A DNA stretch of 64,000 nucleotides from Paragordius varius (taxonomy: Eukaryota > Animalia > Nematomorpha), in assembly GCA_964247055.1 (NCBI GenBank), contig OZ176057.1:5642001-5706000 (forward strand), given 5' to 3'. Below, one piece after another: positions 1-13,147 of this stretch. Positions within the stretch are counted from its first letter, which is position 1; the number at the start of each line of letters is the position of its first letter. The notes beneath the pieces are model-generated. The model was not told the DNA's origin. It searched no databases and was given only the letters and a program-made list of their open reading frames with translations. The translations under genes and the position numbers were made by a program.

Positions 1-59
1 CCCTTCAACAAAATTTTGCTTAAAATTAAAATTTTGAAAAAAGTTTGCCTAATATTTTC

Positions 60-400
60 GTGGATCCACGATTGGGCATATATTTAAAATCATATATCCG
101 GGCATTTTTACGTTATTTTATGAAAAATAGCCCATTTTAAAAGAAAAGTAACATTTGAAATTTTCGGAGGCCACATCGTAAAGTTACAATCTTTAAAAAT
201 ATTGTTTTGATTTTTGCTTGTAGTTTTTTATATTTGTGAATTTTTGCAATTAAGCATTTAGCTTTCACCATAAATATATAAAAAAATGTGCACAAATCAT
301 TCTATCTATATATAGGCAATTACCCAATAGTTTCACTTTCTTATAAGGGCCAAACATACGCACCATGATAATTCTGATACATTTTTCGAATTGATTATAT
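60..400 (+). mobile_element. Dispersed repeat family D fragment (non-autonomous element, class unresolved)
   Basis: By-eye similarity of 110-290 to 2955-3120 (TTATTTTA.GAAAA.TAGCCCATTTT.AAAG ... AAGCATTTA.CTTTCACCA) and to the reverse complement of 10720-10920; 345-385 resembles 3200-3240. Confidence 0.5.
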
Positions 401-1689
401 ATTTTTTCTGGTTCCAACTTCAGATACCTCCAAAAAACTATGGAAACAAACAGCTGAAATAGAAAAGAAATTCATTCTATAATTGTAATTTAAAAGCTTT
501 ACATAAACCATGGGAAACATTAATTTAACTGATATATCGCGAATAAAAAATAAAAAATGGGGGTAAAAAGTTGGAGTTGAGGTTTTTTTTACATTAGATT
601 ATTTAAAACAATTTTTGTAACATGCGAAAGGATGAAATTATATTTTAAATTCGACCAATGCTGATGTCCTGGGATAAAATATACCCCAAAACTCATGAAA
701 AGGTAAACGCCTATCATATGTGCCACTGTAATTTTAAAAATAAAAGTTTAATAATAAATTTTGACATCTATTTAACGCTTTAATTCAAATTGGGGTATTT
801 AAATACCCCAGACAATTTTTAAGTTAATTTTTAAAAAAACTACTGAAAGACACGGTTACAATTTAAATTAATGCTTCTATCCCAATAAAATTTATATAAA
901 TAAACCAAAATATGTATGAAAGGAGCTAGAGCCGACTTCATAATTACTTATTTTACACCGGTCTTACTCGAGATCCTGAATAAAATGAGTAAGAATAATT
1001 TAGTTTAATCTGCAGATGTATCGAAATACAGTGTCTAAATGTTAAAAATTAAAAATTCTTATGAAACGCGAATAAACCGTGTTTATACCCTATGTTTTTA
1101 TATATAACGAGATTAAAGATAATTGGTAAAGAACATTACATCATAAATTTACCTATTATAATAAAACTAGAGTAAATCTCGTGCTGCTACGCAGCCTTAG
1201 GAAGTCCTTCTTTTTATAGACTTGATTTTTTTGAATAAAAATGGCATTTTGCGGGGAGCGGGTAAAAAGAGGGCCTAAATTAAAAAAGCGAGCCGATCAT
1301 GTTCGGCGCAATCAAAAATAAGTTTAAAAAAAACATATAATCGAATAGTCTAACACGTTTTCCGGAAAATTGTCTCAAAGACAGGATTTTTGTGGACTTG
1401 AGTTTTCAAAAAACCATTTTTTACACGGAGTGGGCCCGAACTGGGGGCCTAATTCAAAAAAAGGGTTTATTGTCGGAGCATTCATTATTGATTATATTTT
1501 TTCGATATTTGGATTTGAATGGGTCTACCGGTTTTCCGGATCACAAAGCCAGCCTTTTCCATTTTTATGAATATATAGATTATACACAAAAAACCAAGGT
1601 TTAAAACAGTAAAACCGATATTTTTTAAAAAAATTGTATTTTATTTTAATTTTTGTTTAATAATATTTCTACTCTATTTTTTTGTAGAC

Positions 1690-2102
1690 TATACTAAACC
1701 GTTTCCCTTCCTTAGCCCATTATCCTTGTCAAATGAATCAACTTTACATCAAACTCCGTCAGAATTTCAACACTTACAGTGTTGATGGTTCAACTAATCA
1801 AAATATACCACCCTCTAAAGCTAAAATCACTCCAACTGTTAGTAATAATCTTACACTCAATTGCCTATTAATAAAGATTCACCAGACCCTGTAAAAAAGT
1901 CTAAGGCTTTATCTGATTTTGATTCAATTGATATTACAAATACTTCTAAGGTGCTCCCTGAATGGCATTTATATGGCCAAAACTTTTTATAGATCAAAAT
2001 CGTAATATAACTACTATGGCTAATATCGACAATAAGAATGCAATAGATTCTACAACGAATCTCCGTATGAATGCGCATTTGAATCAAATGTTATTAGTTT
2101 AA
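1690..2102 (+). pseudogene. Frameshifted coding-like relic, identity unknown
   Basis: GC-richer island after TTTGTAG. Successive open stretches in different frames (YTKPFPFLSPLSLSNESTLHQTPSE / NFNTYSVDGSTNQNIPPSKAKITPTVSNN / LPINKDSPDPVKKSKALSDFDSIDITNTSKVLPEWHLYGQNF / DQNRNITTMANIDNKNAIDSTTNLRMNAHLNQM) join only via ~3 frameshifts. Confidence 0.3.
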
Positions 2103-2689
2103 GAAGGAAATTTTTGAATTAATTAGAAAATATTTTCTCTAAATTTTGTAAAGTTATCCAAAATTGTGTTTAAATATTGTTGTGGGTTTGAATGCTTTTT
2201 TATGCATTTATTTTTTTTCATTTTTTAGCATTGGAATTCGAATCATGGGCTTCTACATTCATTTTATTCACAATAATATTGATGTGTGTTTTGATAGCCA
2301 TTTTTCCATTTTTTGTTACGATTTGATTTGATGTTTTTATTTATGCATTATAGAAAGGAATTTCATTTTATAGTTAGTTATCAAATTTATTATAGGTTGA
2401 AACATATTAAAATAAATTTATATTCAGTTTTACAAAGATCAACTAGATAATAGCCTTATAAAAGCCAAATCTAATGCTCTCGTTTCCGTGGTGACCAGAT
2501 CATTTTTAAGTGCAGTTTTGGATTTTTAAACATCATGCACTTAAGGAGAGTTTCACAAAAGCAAAAAGAATAATCTTGCCTAAACTTACCTTGTTGGATT
2601 CGAAAGAATAGTTAAATGGGATTTGTATATAAAATAGCTTTAAAACATTTCTATCACCTCAAAATTATAAAATTATTGTTACTTTTATA

Positions 2690-3290
2690 TATATATAAAA
2701 TAAATTTCGAAAAATTTATTTTAATAGGATAATTTTTAAATTCTGAGGCGATAGAAAGGCTCAGCATATTATGAGAAAAATTGTTTATATCTTAGAGCGT
2801 TTATATATTGTTTCCATCATGCTTAAAAATAGTATGAAGTATGTTTTAACAAAATTTCGCTATAAGTTAAACTTATCCAAATATCCAATATTTCGAATTT
2901 GACTTTTTTGATGTCAAAATTTAGTATATATTAAAATAAATTTAGTGCAACGGCATTTTTGGGTTTATTTTAAGAAAACTAGCCCATTTTGAAAGGGCAT
3001 AATTTGAGACTTCGAAGCCTGCATCTAATACTTAACATTTCATAAAGATATAGTTTTACAATTCATAGGGAGTTTTTTATATATTTTGGTTTCTTTGTAA
3101 AGCATTTATCTTTCACCAAAAATTTCATTTCAACATGTGCTCAAATGTTGCCATTTTCTGAAACGGACGACGTGTTAAAATAACATTCATAAATCACTCC
3201 TAAGGGCCCAAACCAAAAGGACCATAATAATCCTAATTTCTATTACAATAGATATTATATCATCATCAGGAAATTTTTGTGGATACTGTT
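2690..3290 (+). mobile_element. Dispersed repeat family D copy
   Basis: 2765-2860 and 3200-3290 match the reverse complement of 11030-11150 and 10610-10710; the middle part matches 110-290. Confidence 0.55.
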
Positions 3291-4305
3291 TTAGAAAAAA
3301 ATTGCAAAAAAATCATTTAATGGAAAGTCAGGAATCAAATTAGAACCAATTCCATATGTAAAAATATGGTTCTGACCGTTTATTTTTAAGATATTAACCC
3401 AGTTTACTTTTTCGAACCTTTTCAAAGCCATGATTTTTTTGATTCAAGTCCAAATAAAAAGTTTGCATTATGGAACATTAGGTATCTTAAATATAATAAA
3501 AGGAAACGAGCAGTAAATTCTTTTGTTAATATTTTTTATAAGTATTATCCAAAACGAAAAATATTATTGATAAATAATTGTACTTTTTTCATTAGGTCCT
3601 GAAAATATTGATAGTCATTAATAATCTTAATCGCATATTACCGTCAATTTTGTATCAAAAAAATTATTATGCGGTAAAATATTTAAATGCATATTATAAC
3701 TATCATCTATTTACTATTTATATGAGTTTAACCCAATATATCGCGTTGTAAATGATTTAGCCTAATATAGGATAGATATTTATTGCTAATTTGCATTAAA
3801 GTCGTATTTTTATAAAATTCAAAACATGTTTTATATACTTTTCGGACACAAATCGAACTAAAAAACAGTATAAGTATCGTGAGTCATGCCAAAAAATTGT
3901 GATTAAATATTATTGGCGTTATTTCGGCTTACAAAAATTTTAGATGATTTTTGATTTCATAATTTATAAATATTTATATTAGATTATAAAAAGCCATAGA
4001 ATGTATTATTTTTTTCAAATGACTCAATATCATAGATATTAAAATATATTATTTGAAGTCGCTTGGAGTAGAAAATTATGGTAAGGCCGTGCTTATTTCA
4101 TTTTATATCGAATATGCTAAAAATATTTTTATCAAAATCTGTAATCATACAAAAAGATTATTATAGGCTTATAGCTGAAAAAGGCAAAACAAAATTTTTA
4201 GCCTTTCTACCAAATTTAAATCGATAATAATGTTCTCTCCTGTTATCTGGTAATATTTGACAAAAAAATTGGCAAAGAAATTTAATTAGTGTTAGTCGTA
4301 TAAAC

Positions 4306-4571
4306 CAGGGGTGTCCAACTCAAATGGGGTCCCCAGTTTTTGGCTCAAAAAACCGACTGGTCGCCTTCATAATATATATATATCATTAATTAATATTTTA
4401 TGAGATTTCGAAACATAACAATGTAAAATGCAAAAACAATAATACATGTGTTTCCTATTTAGTTTCCAAATATATAAACTTTAGAATATCTTCAAACGAA
4501 CATGATGAAGTTTTAGGATATTTGCAAATTATAATCGGAATTTTTCGCTCACCGCATGTTGGACACCCCTA
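4306..4571. mobile_element. hAT-type MITE (~266 bp)
   Basis: Terminal inverted repeats CAGGGGTGTCCAAC (4306) / GTTGGACACCCCTA (to 4571), typical of hAT termini. No matching 8-bp TSD recognisable. A lone similar end CAGGGGTATTCAAC occurs near 5679. Confidence 0.6.
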
Positions 4572-6100
4572 ATTTATGTGTTACTAAATGCATCTTTTAT
4601 AGGCCTTTTAAATAGACTGAAGTATTTAATTTGTTTTTTTTAGTTTTATTCTGTGATGGCTTTTTTACAAACAGGTTACTAGTCGATTTTTTACTGTTTA
4701 TATAAACTCTTTCACAAAGCATTATTTAATTAAAATTTAAATGTTATATTTATAAAATAAAGTTTATTGGAAGAAACACAATGGCTAAATGCATATAAAA
4801 AAGTAAAAAGTAAATTATATTTCCCTCTTTTTTAACATGTTTTTTTATTACGTCTTATGAATTACGCTAAAATAGGCCAGGGTCAAAGTACCTTTTAAAA
4901 TGAAAAAAAATATAAAATTTTAGTATTTAACACCATATATTGATACTATTTACATCTAACACACAGTAAAAATGAATAACACAGACAACACGTAAAAAAC
5001 TATATTAATACAACCATTTTAATCCTTGGTTTTCCTATAACAATTGATTTTGTACTAATTTAAAGCTCTATTAGATCTACACAATTAATCAAATTTAAAA
5101 AATACGGTTTTTTAATATATTTATCTATGTGATTTTACAATTTGATCTTTAACTGAAAATCTCGACTCTCCGAAAAATCAAAAATTTAAAGACAAAAAAA
5201 CATTTTTCAGCATAACTTTATGTATATATATAAATAAAAGAACCTTAGTTGCTGGTATTACTAATAAATATTTTGGCTCACCACAGGGTTAGTTATTAAT
5301 TTTATTATTAAAGGTAAAAAGTAAGTAGTACAAAGTGATAAATATTTAATAAACTAACTGATACTTTGGTATCAAAAAACATTTATTTCATTATTTCTTT
5401 CTACTATTTTATTTTATGAAACAAAATTGTTTAGAATTTTGTCAGTTATTAGGCATTCGTTCCGTGTTAACCAGGCCTGGAAAGAGTTGTTTAGTTCTTT
5501 TAGCCTTTTAATATCCCACGCCCAATTCATTCAATTTTCTGGTGAAGTTTTTCCTGTAATTCCTACCATTTTCTAGTTGTTTTATTGTCAGGAAATAATA
5601 AAAAAATTATGTATATAAATATTAAATTATTTAAAAAAAGTTTTCCACATAAAATTTTACTTAAAACCATAATTAAGGACAGGGGTATTCAACACAAATA
5701 CCTTCGCAGACATCCATAACTTTAAAAACTCCAGGGCGACCCCATTTGAAAATTACATTCAACAATATAAATAATAATTAATTAGATTTTGAAAACATAA
5801 GGCTGTTAAATGCAAACACAGTATAACAATTGTTTCTAGTTCGTTTGTCAATTGAAACGATTTATTTTGCTAATATTCTTAATTTTGTGAAATTTAAGGT
5901 ATGCGTGTATGATAAAAATATAAATTTTTAATTTTCTTCTTTTATTTAAAGTTTTTATCCAAAAAATTGAAAAAATTTATATTTTTATCATATCTGCATT
6001 TTAGCTTAATTTTTAATAAATTTCATTATATATAATGCGTTGTTCTCCTATATAATTAATTTTAATTTTACAGATTTTAGTCATTAAATCATTTTTATGA

Positions 6101-7296
6101 TTAAACTTGATTTAGTAAATTTAGTCGATGATCTAACGAAGGGCGATGCAAAGAATGCTTGCTAGGTAATCCAAATACATTTGGTATTGAGCTTTTATGA
6201 TCCGTGACATTAAATTTTTTTGGAGAGTTTTGTTTTGTAAGAATTTCTTCAGGACTTTTGTCACATGTGTCGCAATTTTCATCATTTTTAATATCGGTCA
6301 ATGTAATAATTTGTTCTCCCTTCAAATCCCTACTACCTGTTTTTAAGTCAATCCGATTTTGTTCTTTATCAGTGAATTTAGTTTTAGCAAATTTATCTTC
6401 AATAAATGCTTTATCATTTATTATTTGAATTTTATTAGCTGGTCCTCCTTTTTCAGAAGTTTTATTTTCATTGCTATTGGCTAAAACCTCTGATAATTTC
6501 AAAGTTTGTACGATATTTAAGTCTTCTGATGATAATATTATTTCTGTTGGGCTGCTCTTATCAGGTGATTGAAGCGATTCAATGTTAAAATCTTGATTAG
6601 AAATGGGTTCTTTTTGTATCATTGAATAGTCAATGTTTTCTGATTTGGCCTTTTATACATATAGTGTAAAAAATAAAATTATTAAACGGACGAAATTATT
6701 TATTTCTAAAAGACATCTAACTATTCACTTTTTTTAAAACAAGTGATTTATTTAATAATAAACCAAACCTAAGTTTTGGGGTTTTCGAAATAGGAAATTG
6801 AGATTTAAATTGGTAGAGCGCATTCATTTATAAACTTTGCAAATGTAATTAATTATATGGGTTATGTTGGTTGAAAATATTAACGTTTCAAAAAGTATGG
6901 TTGCTTATCTGTTCCCAAAAATATTTGTCCTTTTCTAGTTTTTTCGTTTTGTCGGTATACCATTTTAAATCAAAAACAACATTTTTTCAAGCAAAAGCAA
7001 TACTTTAGTTGTAAAATTGCGTTTGCTTAGATGTTCCGTTTGATTAAAAAAATGTTGGTTTTGACTGAAAAATGGTATATCTAAATTTAATTTTTACTGT
7101 CAAATCAAAATTTATCATATAAAATATTGGTATTTTATACCTTTTTGCGGTTTTGAATAACTTTTGAAGATTCATAATATTCGATAGGACTTCCAATAGC
7201 TAACCTATTTAGTTCTGCAAGAGAAATTTCATTTTTATGTGACAATCTCTTTTCCACATCTTCTTTAGAAGAATGGTGGTTTTGATTGTTTTCCAT
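6101..7296 (-). CDS. Orphan protein, paralog 1 (2 exons, ~234 aa, charged S/K/N/E-rich)
   Basis: Exons 7296-7141 (MENNQNHHSSKEDVEKRL...IQNRKK, GT donor, phase 0) and 6649-6101 (AG acceptor, AKSENIDYSMIQKEP...LLNQV*). Splice sites and frame are conserved in paralog 2. No recognisable domain. Confidence 0.7.
6662..7100. mobile_element. MITE family B (degenerate) in intron of paralog 1
   Basis: Degenerate arms (AAAATTATTAAACGGACG... / ...TTTTTACTG). An orthologous copy lies at ~9375-9793 in paralog 2. Confidence 0.5.
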
Positions 7297-8438
7297 GTTA
7301 AATATATTTTTATGATAACTTTGTATTGTTAACAATAGGAATGTTAAATCACACTTTTTGTAGATTATATACGTCACACAATTAAACACATATACATTTA
7401 ACAGTAAAAATTATAAATATAAAATTAAAAAACTTTTATATTACCAATATCATATCAATTGCGTTTTCAAAAGAATATAAAAAATTAAATTTCAGATTTT
7501 TCCAAAAAAGTTTAAAGGTTTGAAGTTCTAATTGGTTTTTGTGTTCCCTAATTTTCAGTTGCGAATTCTAAGGTGTGCCTACTCAAGGCATTTTATATGG
7601 TAAAATCTTGTTATATTAAAATCAAATACTTTATAATTGATATATTGCAATAGATTATACTGTAAATCTCCGATGTGCCTTTAATTAAATTTTATTTACA
7701 GTAAAAAATGAATTATACGGACATAAATGAAAATTATAAAGAAAAATAGTTTTTTTTTCAAAAGACAGCCGTAATTGTGAAGCCTAAATACTCATTATAA
7801 ATTTTATCATTACAATCTATAATATGTAAGTGATTTTAAAGCTCTATTTGATATACTTTGCAATTTAGCAAATATACAAGTTTTTTTTATAAATTATTGT
7901 GCATAATTTTACGTTTTGTTATCTCTACAATTTCATCTTTAACTTTAAAACTAGTCCCCGAAAATTATAAAATTTAAAGTCACAAAAACTTTTTTCAGCA
8001 TACACATTATCTATTTATATATATAAATAAAAGAAATTTAGCTGGTACTACCAATATATATTTTGGCTCACAGGGTTAGTTATTGATTTTATTATTAAAG
8101 GTAAAAAGTAAGTAGTACAAAGTGATATAAATGATAAAACATTTATTTCATTATTCCTTTCTACTATTTTATAAAACAACATTGTTTTGAATTTTGTCAG
8201 TTATTAGGCATTCGTTGAGTGTTAACCAGGCCTGGAAAGAGTTGTTTAGTTCTTTTAGCCTTTTAGTATCCCACGCCCAAATCAATTCATACAAATTTTC
8301 TGGTGAAGTTTTTCCTGTAATTCCTACCATTTTCTAGTTATTTTATTTGTCAGGAAATAATATCATAAAATTTACTTTTATGGTTTTCTCTTTATTTAAA
8401 AAAACCCAGTTAGAAACATATGAAAGTAAAATATAATA

Positions 8439-8726
8439 CAGTAAAAACTAAAATTATACGGACAAAACGTAAAAATATAAATACCTATTTTTTTCTTAAA
8501 GACGACATATACTTTTTAAATCTTAATTTTTTAAATATAACTCATTGTTTTAACTGCAAAGTGTGTTGATATGTTTATAGGTAAAACAATCAATTATATA
8601 TTTTACAATTGTAGTTTTATTATTTAAATGAGGAAAAATAAGGTTTATAAAAGTATGGGGTTGTTTTTTACAAAAAAATTTGTCTTTATATTTTTCGTTT
8701 GGTCCGTATAATTTCAATTTTTACTG
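8439..8726. mobile_element. MITE family B (Tc1/mariner-like; ~100-bp TIR starting CAGTAAAAA)
   Basis: Left arm CAGTAAAAACTAAAATTATACGGACAAAACGTAAAAATATA... is the reverse complement of the right arm ...GGTCCGTATAATTTCAATTTTTACTG. Confidence 0.75.
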
Positions 8727-8914
8727 CAATTTACCAATACAGTTAAATATAGTAATTATCTATTTTTAATTTTAATTTTACAGATTTTAGTCATTAAATT
8801 ATTTTTATGATTAAACTTGATTTAGTAAATTTAGTCGATGATCTAACGAAGGGCGATGCAAAGAATGCTTGCTGGGTAATCCTAATACATTTGTGTTGAG
8901 CTTTTATCATCCGT

Positions 8915-9983
8915 TTACGTAATTTTTTTTGGAGAGTTTTGTTTTGTAATATTCAATTCTTCTGGACTTTTGTCACACGTGTCGCAATTTTCATCTCTTT
9001 TATTATCGATCAATGTATGAATTTTTTGTTCTTCCTTCAAATCAATACTACTTGTTTTAAAGTCAATCAGATTTTGTTCTTGCTCAGCGATTTTAGTTTT
9101 AGCAAATTTGTTGTCTTGAATAAACGCTTCATCATTTATTATTTGCATTTTATTAGTTGGTCCTCCTTTTTCAAAAGTTTTATTTTCATTGCTACTGGCT
9201 AAAGACTCTGATGATTTCAAAGTTTGTAGGATATTTAAGCATTTTGATAATGTTATTATTTCTGTTGAGCTGCTCTTATCAGGTGATTGAAGCGATTCAA
9301 TGTTAAAATCTTGATTAGAAATGAATTCTTCCTGTATCATTAAGTCAATGTTTTCGGATTTGGCCTTTAAATACGCAATAAAAATAAAATTATTATACGG
9401 ATGAAATTGTTTTCTTTGCTAAAAAACAACTTTAAGTTTTTAAAACTTGTGATTTATTATATAATAAACCAAGCCTACGTTTTGGGTTTGCGAAATAGGA
9501 AAGAGATAATTTGGATATCATTTAATTTTCATTTATAAATTCAAAATTACAATTATATAGTTTATGTATGTTGAAAAAAAGTTAAAAGTAAGGTGGTATA
9601 TTCGAAAAATATTTTTCTTTTATAATTTTGACGTTTTTCGGTATGCCATTTTTAAGTCAAAAACAACTTTTTCCATACAAAGACAACATTTTAGTTGTCT
9701 TTGCATGGAAAAATGTTGCGGTTGAAAAAATATTGTCTTTGATTTAAAAATGTTGGTTTTGTTTTAAATATATCTAATTTCAATTTTTACTGTCAATCAA
9801 AATTAATCATATAAAATTTTTTTATACTTTTTTGCGGTTTTGAATAACTTTTGAAGATTCATAATATTCGATAGGACTTCCAATAGCCAACATATTTAGT
9901 TCCGTGGGAGTAAGTTCCTTTTTATTCGACAATCTCTTTTCCACATCTTCTTTAGAAGAATGGTGGTTTTGATTGTTTTCCAT
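8915..9983 (-). CDS. Orphan protein, paralog 2 (2 exons, ~201 aa, truncated relative to paralog 1; possibly pseudogene)
   Basis: Exons 9983-9828 and 9364-8915. TAA after QNSPKKIT, followed by a 1-nt deletion in the region homologous to the paralog 1 C-terminus. Confidence 0.6.
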
Positions 9984-10210
9984 TAAATATATTTTTATGA
10001 TAACTTTATATTGGTTTATTGTTGTTGAAATTAACAATAAAGCAACGTAATATTGTGAATACGTCACAGAATTAAACACATATTGTAAAATTAGAAATGT
10101 AATGACAAAACATAAAAAATGGTTAATTTTTTATTATAAAGAAATAGTATTTTTTGGATTTTACACTTAAATTATGTTACCGATTTGCATTTACAGTATG
10201 CATTATAATA

Positions 10211-10372
10211 GTTGCTTACTCCACATAATATAGTTTGGCAATTTGCAACTACACATCAGTGTATGGAAAAAAGAAAGGAAATAATTGTTTATTCAACATT
10301 TTGTTGTTTTTTTTCCATACAATACTGTGCTGCAAATTGCCTTACTTTGATAGGCGCAATCATTAAAATACA
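10211..10372. mobile_element. Small palindromic MITE family C
   Basis: Arms GGCAATTTGCAAC..GTATGGAAAAAA / TTTTTTCCATAC..GCAAATTGCC. Homologous copies at ~13540-13675 and ~42845-42975. Confidence 0.65.
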
Positions 10373-10530
10373 CACTGTAACCATTATTTTTGGAACCTAT
10401 AGACACCGTTATACAATGCAAAACTTTAAATTGATCCTTAAAAACTTTATAAATTTAACCTTGATAACACTCTAAATATAAATATTTATTTCGGTACTAT
10501 ATATAATGGCATTTCTGATTTATATTACAT

Positions 10531-12044
10531 TAATGTGACCAGATATTTTTAACTTTGACGCAGTACAAAATTAAAACACACTTTGTTATTACACCATCGG
10601 TGTGGTATATTTACACAGTATAAAAAATATCCTGATGAAACAAAATATTCTGATAGGAAAATATCAGGATTATCATGGTGTCTTTGGTTTTAACCTTTAT
10701 TATTAAAGAGGGTTGTTTACACTATTGTGGTAAGTGATCCGCATAAAATTGCAAAAGGTTCGCAATTTCAAATATATTTTGTGGTGAAAACTAAATACTT
10801 TATTTCAAAAAATATCACTAAAATATAACATAAACTACATATAAAAAGCAAAGCAATCTTTTTAAAAATTTTAATAGGTGGGGTCTAAAGGTCCCAAATT
10901 TTTTGGCTCTTTTGAAACATACGTTCTCTTAAAAAACGCAAAAATCCGACATTGTGCAATTATTTTAATATGCTATATTTTGATATCAACTAAATATATT
11001 TTTAAAAAATGCATTCGAATATTTAATTTTTAGCAAAATTTTGTTGAAGCGTATTTCATACTATTTTGAGCACGATGGAAACGATATAAAGGGTTAAGTT
11101 GGACCATTTATATATATAATCCGATAATGCTAAACATTTTTCTCATAATTTTGATTAAAATATTCGTTCATTTTCAAATTTATGTCAAATAAAATTTTTA
11201 CAAAAAATCACCAAAGCAAACAAACCTTTAAAAATAAATTCTTAACCTATAGTAATGGTAATCAAAATCAAATTATTTTGAAAAAGGGTTTTATTATAAC
11301 TTAAAGCGTTATCCCGTTTCCATCATGCTTTAGAATAGTTTGAAGTACGCTTCAACAAAATATCTCAAATTTGTTTATGTAAAAAAATAAGAAAACTAAA
11401 TATTAAAGTTTAGGGAAAAAATTAAGTGACATACCTCCCACCTAATGAGTATGGAAACTTAAAAACTCTTAATTATTACGAAAAAAAGATTATTTTGAAA
11501 TCATATGCCATATATAATAAATTATAATAGTTACAGGAATAACAAATTTCTATATAATTTTTCGTTTGAGAATTATAACAAAAGATGATCTTTCTAAACG
11601 TGATCAAACATTTATTAAAATATCATAAATTAATGTAAATTTCGGCAGCCCTGTGTGAAAGAGCCATAAGCCTGAAACTTACGGTGGAGTCCGAGATTTA
11701 TAGTTTCGCCACTGCTCGATGCAATGAAAAGCTGTTTGATCGATCCAAAATCCAATTTTATGTATAATTATAGGAGAAATAATATTAACCAATTAATAAT
11801 AGGCCAATCTTAGTTTTCCCCAAAATGAACCATTTCTTTACAAATTATGGGGTTGTTTTACAGAGGGTAATATCAAAAAAATAATTTTTCTTATGAATAA
11901 ATAAAAGGTAATTAATATATATTCATAATTAATTCACTTTTTTTTAATTTCAAAAAGCGGTACAAAAGTGGGCGCAGTACAGCCGCAGTTATTTTCTAAA
12001 AATCCAGTACTGTACTGCGAAAAACAGCCTATCTGGTCACTTTA
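10531..12044. mobile_element. Non-autonomous hAT element (1514 bp) with perfect 8-bp TSD
   Basis: TSD TATTACAT at 10523-10530 and 12045-12052. TIRs TAATGTGACCAGATA / TATCTGGTCACTTTA, plus subterminal GCAGTACA / TGTACTGC. Contains family D sequence and no transposase ORF. Confidence 0.85.
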
Positions 12045-12818
12045 TATTACATGGATATTTTCAAAAATATAACAAACTTTTTTTATATTATATGCCCCCA
12101 TGTTTTGGTAAAACACATGTTTTTGGGTCGAAACATGGCTCTTCTTAACATTACACATTATTTTTGATATGAAGCAAATTGCAGACAAGAGTGGAAATAA
12201 CACTTTGTTTGTCGGTTTCCGTATATATCTTTAAACTTTGTTACCTTTTTAGTTTTTAACTTTGATAAAACAATTTGTTTTTACTTGTAAAAAACTATGT
12301 ACAGACTTTAATCAAATATAAATAAGTTTGTTTTTAATTAGTATATAAAAAATCATTTTATCAAGTTAAATGTTATATTTACAATCTAACATAATTTATC
12401 TAATATCAGTATCATAAAATTGGTTGTGCTTTTTTGCAATAAACAGATAGCGTATATCTCTTAATATAATAGCTTAACATTCACATATAATTTAAAATAT
12501 TTTATAAATTTAATAAAAACAAGTTAGTTAATATATTAGGACTATAAAAGTCTAAAAGTTAAATAATTCATTTTATATTTTTACCATAACCGAATAAGCT
12601 TAGTCGCTTATTAAATGATGAATATTACACCATCTTTCGACTGAAATATCCTATGATTACGTTCTAACCTCCTGATAACCTTTTTATAAAGCCAATTTTA
12701 ATTTTACCTTTAAAATTTAATTATAAACTATTTTTATGCTTTAATTACCAAATTACATTAATAATTAAATATTTTCTTTATCTTAATAATTATAAAAAAA
12801 GTTTAAAAAGAAATTTTA

Positions 12819-13147
12819 CAGTTAAAATTAAAATTATACGGACAAATTATTAAAATTAAAGGACACTATTTTTTTAAAAAAACAACCAACCATACTTTTT
12901 TAAACCTTAATTTATTCAATAATAATTATTTAATAACAATCGTAAAATAGTTAATTTGTCTTACCAATATAGTTAATTGACTGTGCTACCAATAAACATA
13001 TCATCTATTTTATACTTTGCAGTTTAAAACAAGGAGTTATATTAAAATAAAAAAAATTTAAAAAGTGTGATTGGTTGTCTTTTAAAAAAAATATTTTTTG
13101 TCTTTATATATTATTATTATGCTCGTAAAATATCAATTTTTACTCTA
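12819..13147. mobile_element. MITE family B
   Basis: CAGTTAAAATTAAAATTATACGGAC... left arm and matching right arm ...TATCAATTTTTACTC. Confidence 0.65.

Larger units (their letters stand above)
5050..10140. repeat. Tandem segmental duplication (~5050-7440 vs ~7830-10140)
   Basis: Colinear similarity of the downstream block, exon 2, MITE-containing intron, exon 1 and upstream motif between the two copies. Confidence 0.85.

Noticed and set aside
1160-1610. ACTAGAGTAAATCTCGTGCTGCTACGCAG and a GC-rich patch, reminiscent of a Helitron-type end
   Set aside because: No 3' hairpin+CTRR end and no second copy found in the window; cannot be supported.
7135-10079. Upstream MFN(C/S)VTY extensions of the paralog exon 1 ORFs
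   Set aside because: They start at non-ATG codons and are dissimilar between copies apart from the short motif; ATG 7296/9983 is preferred.
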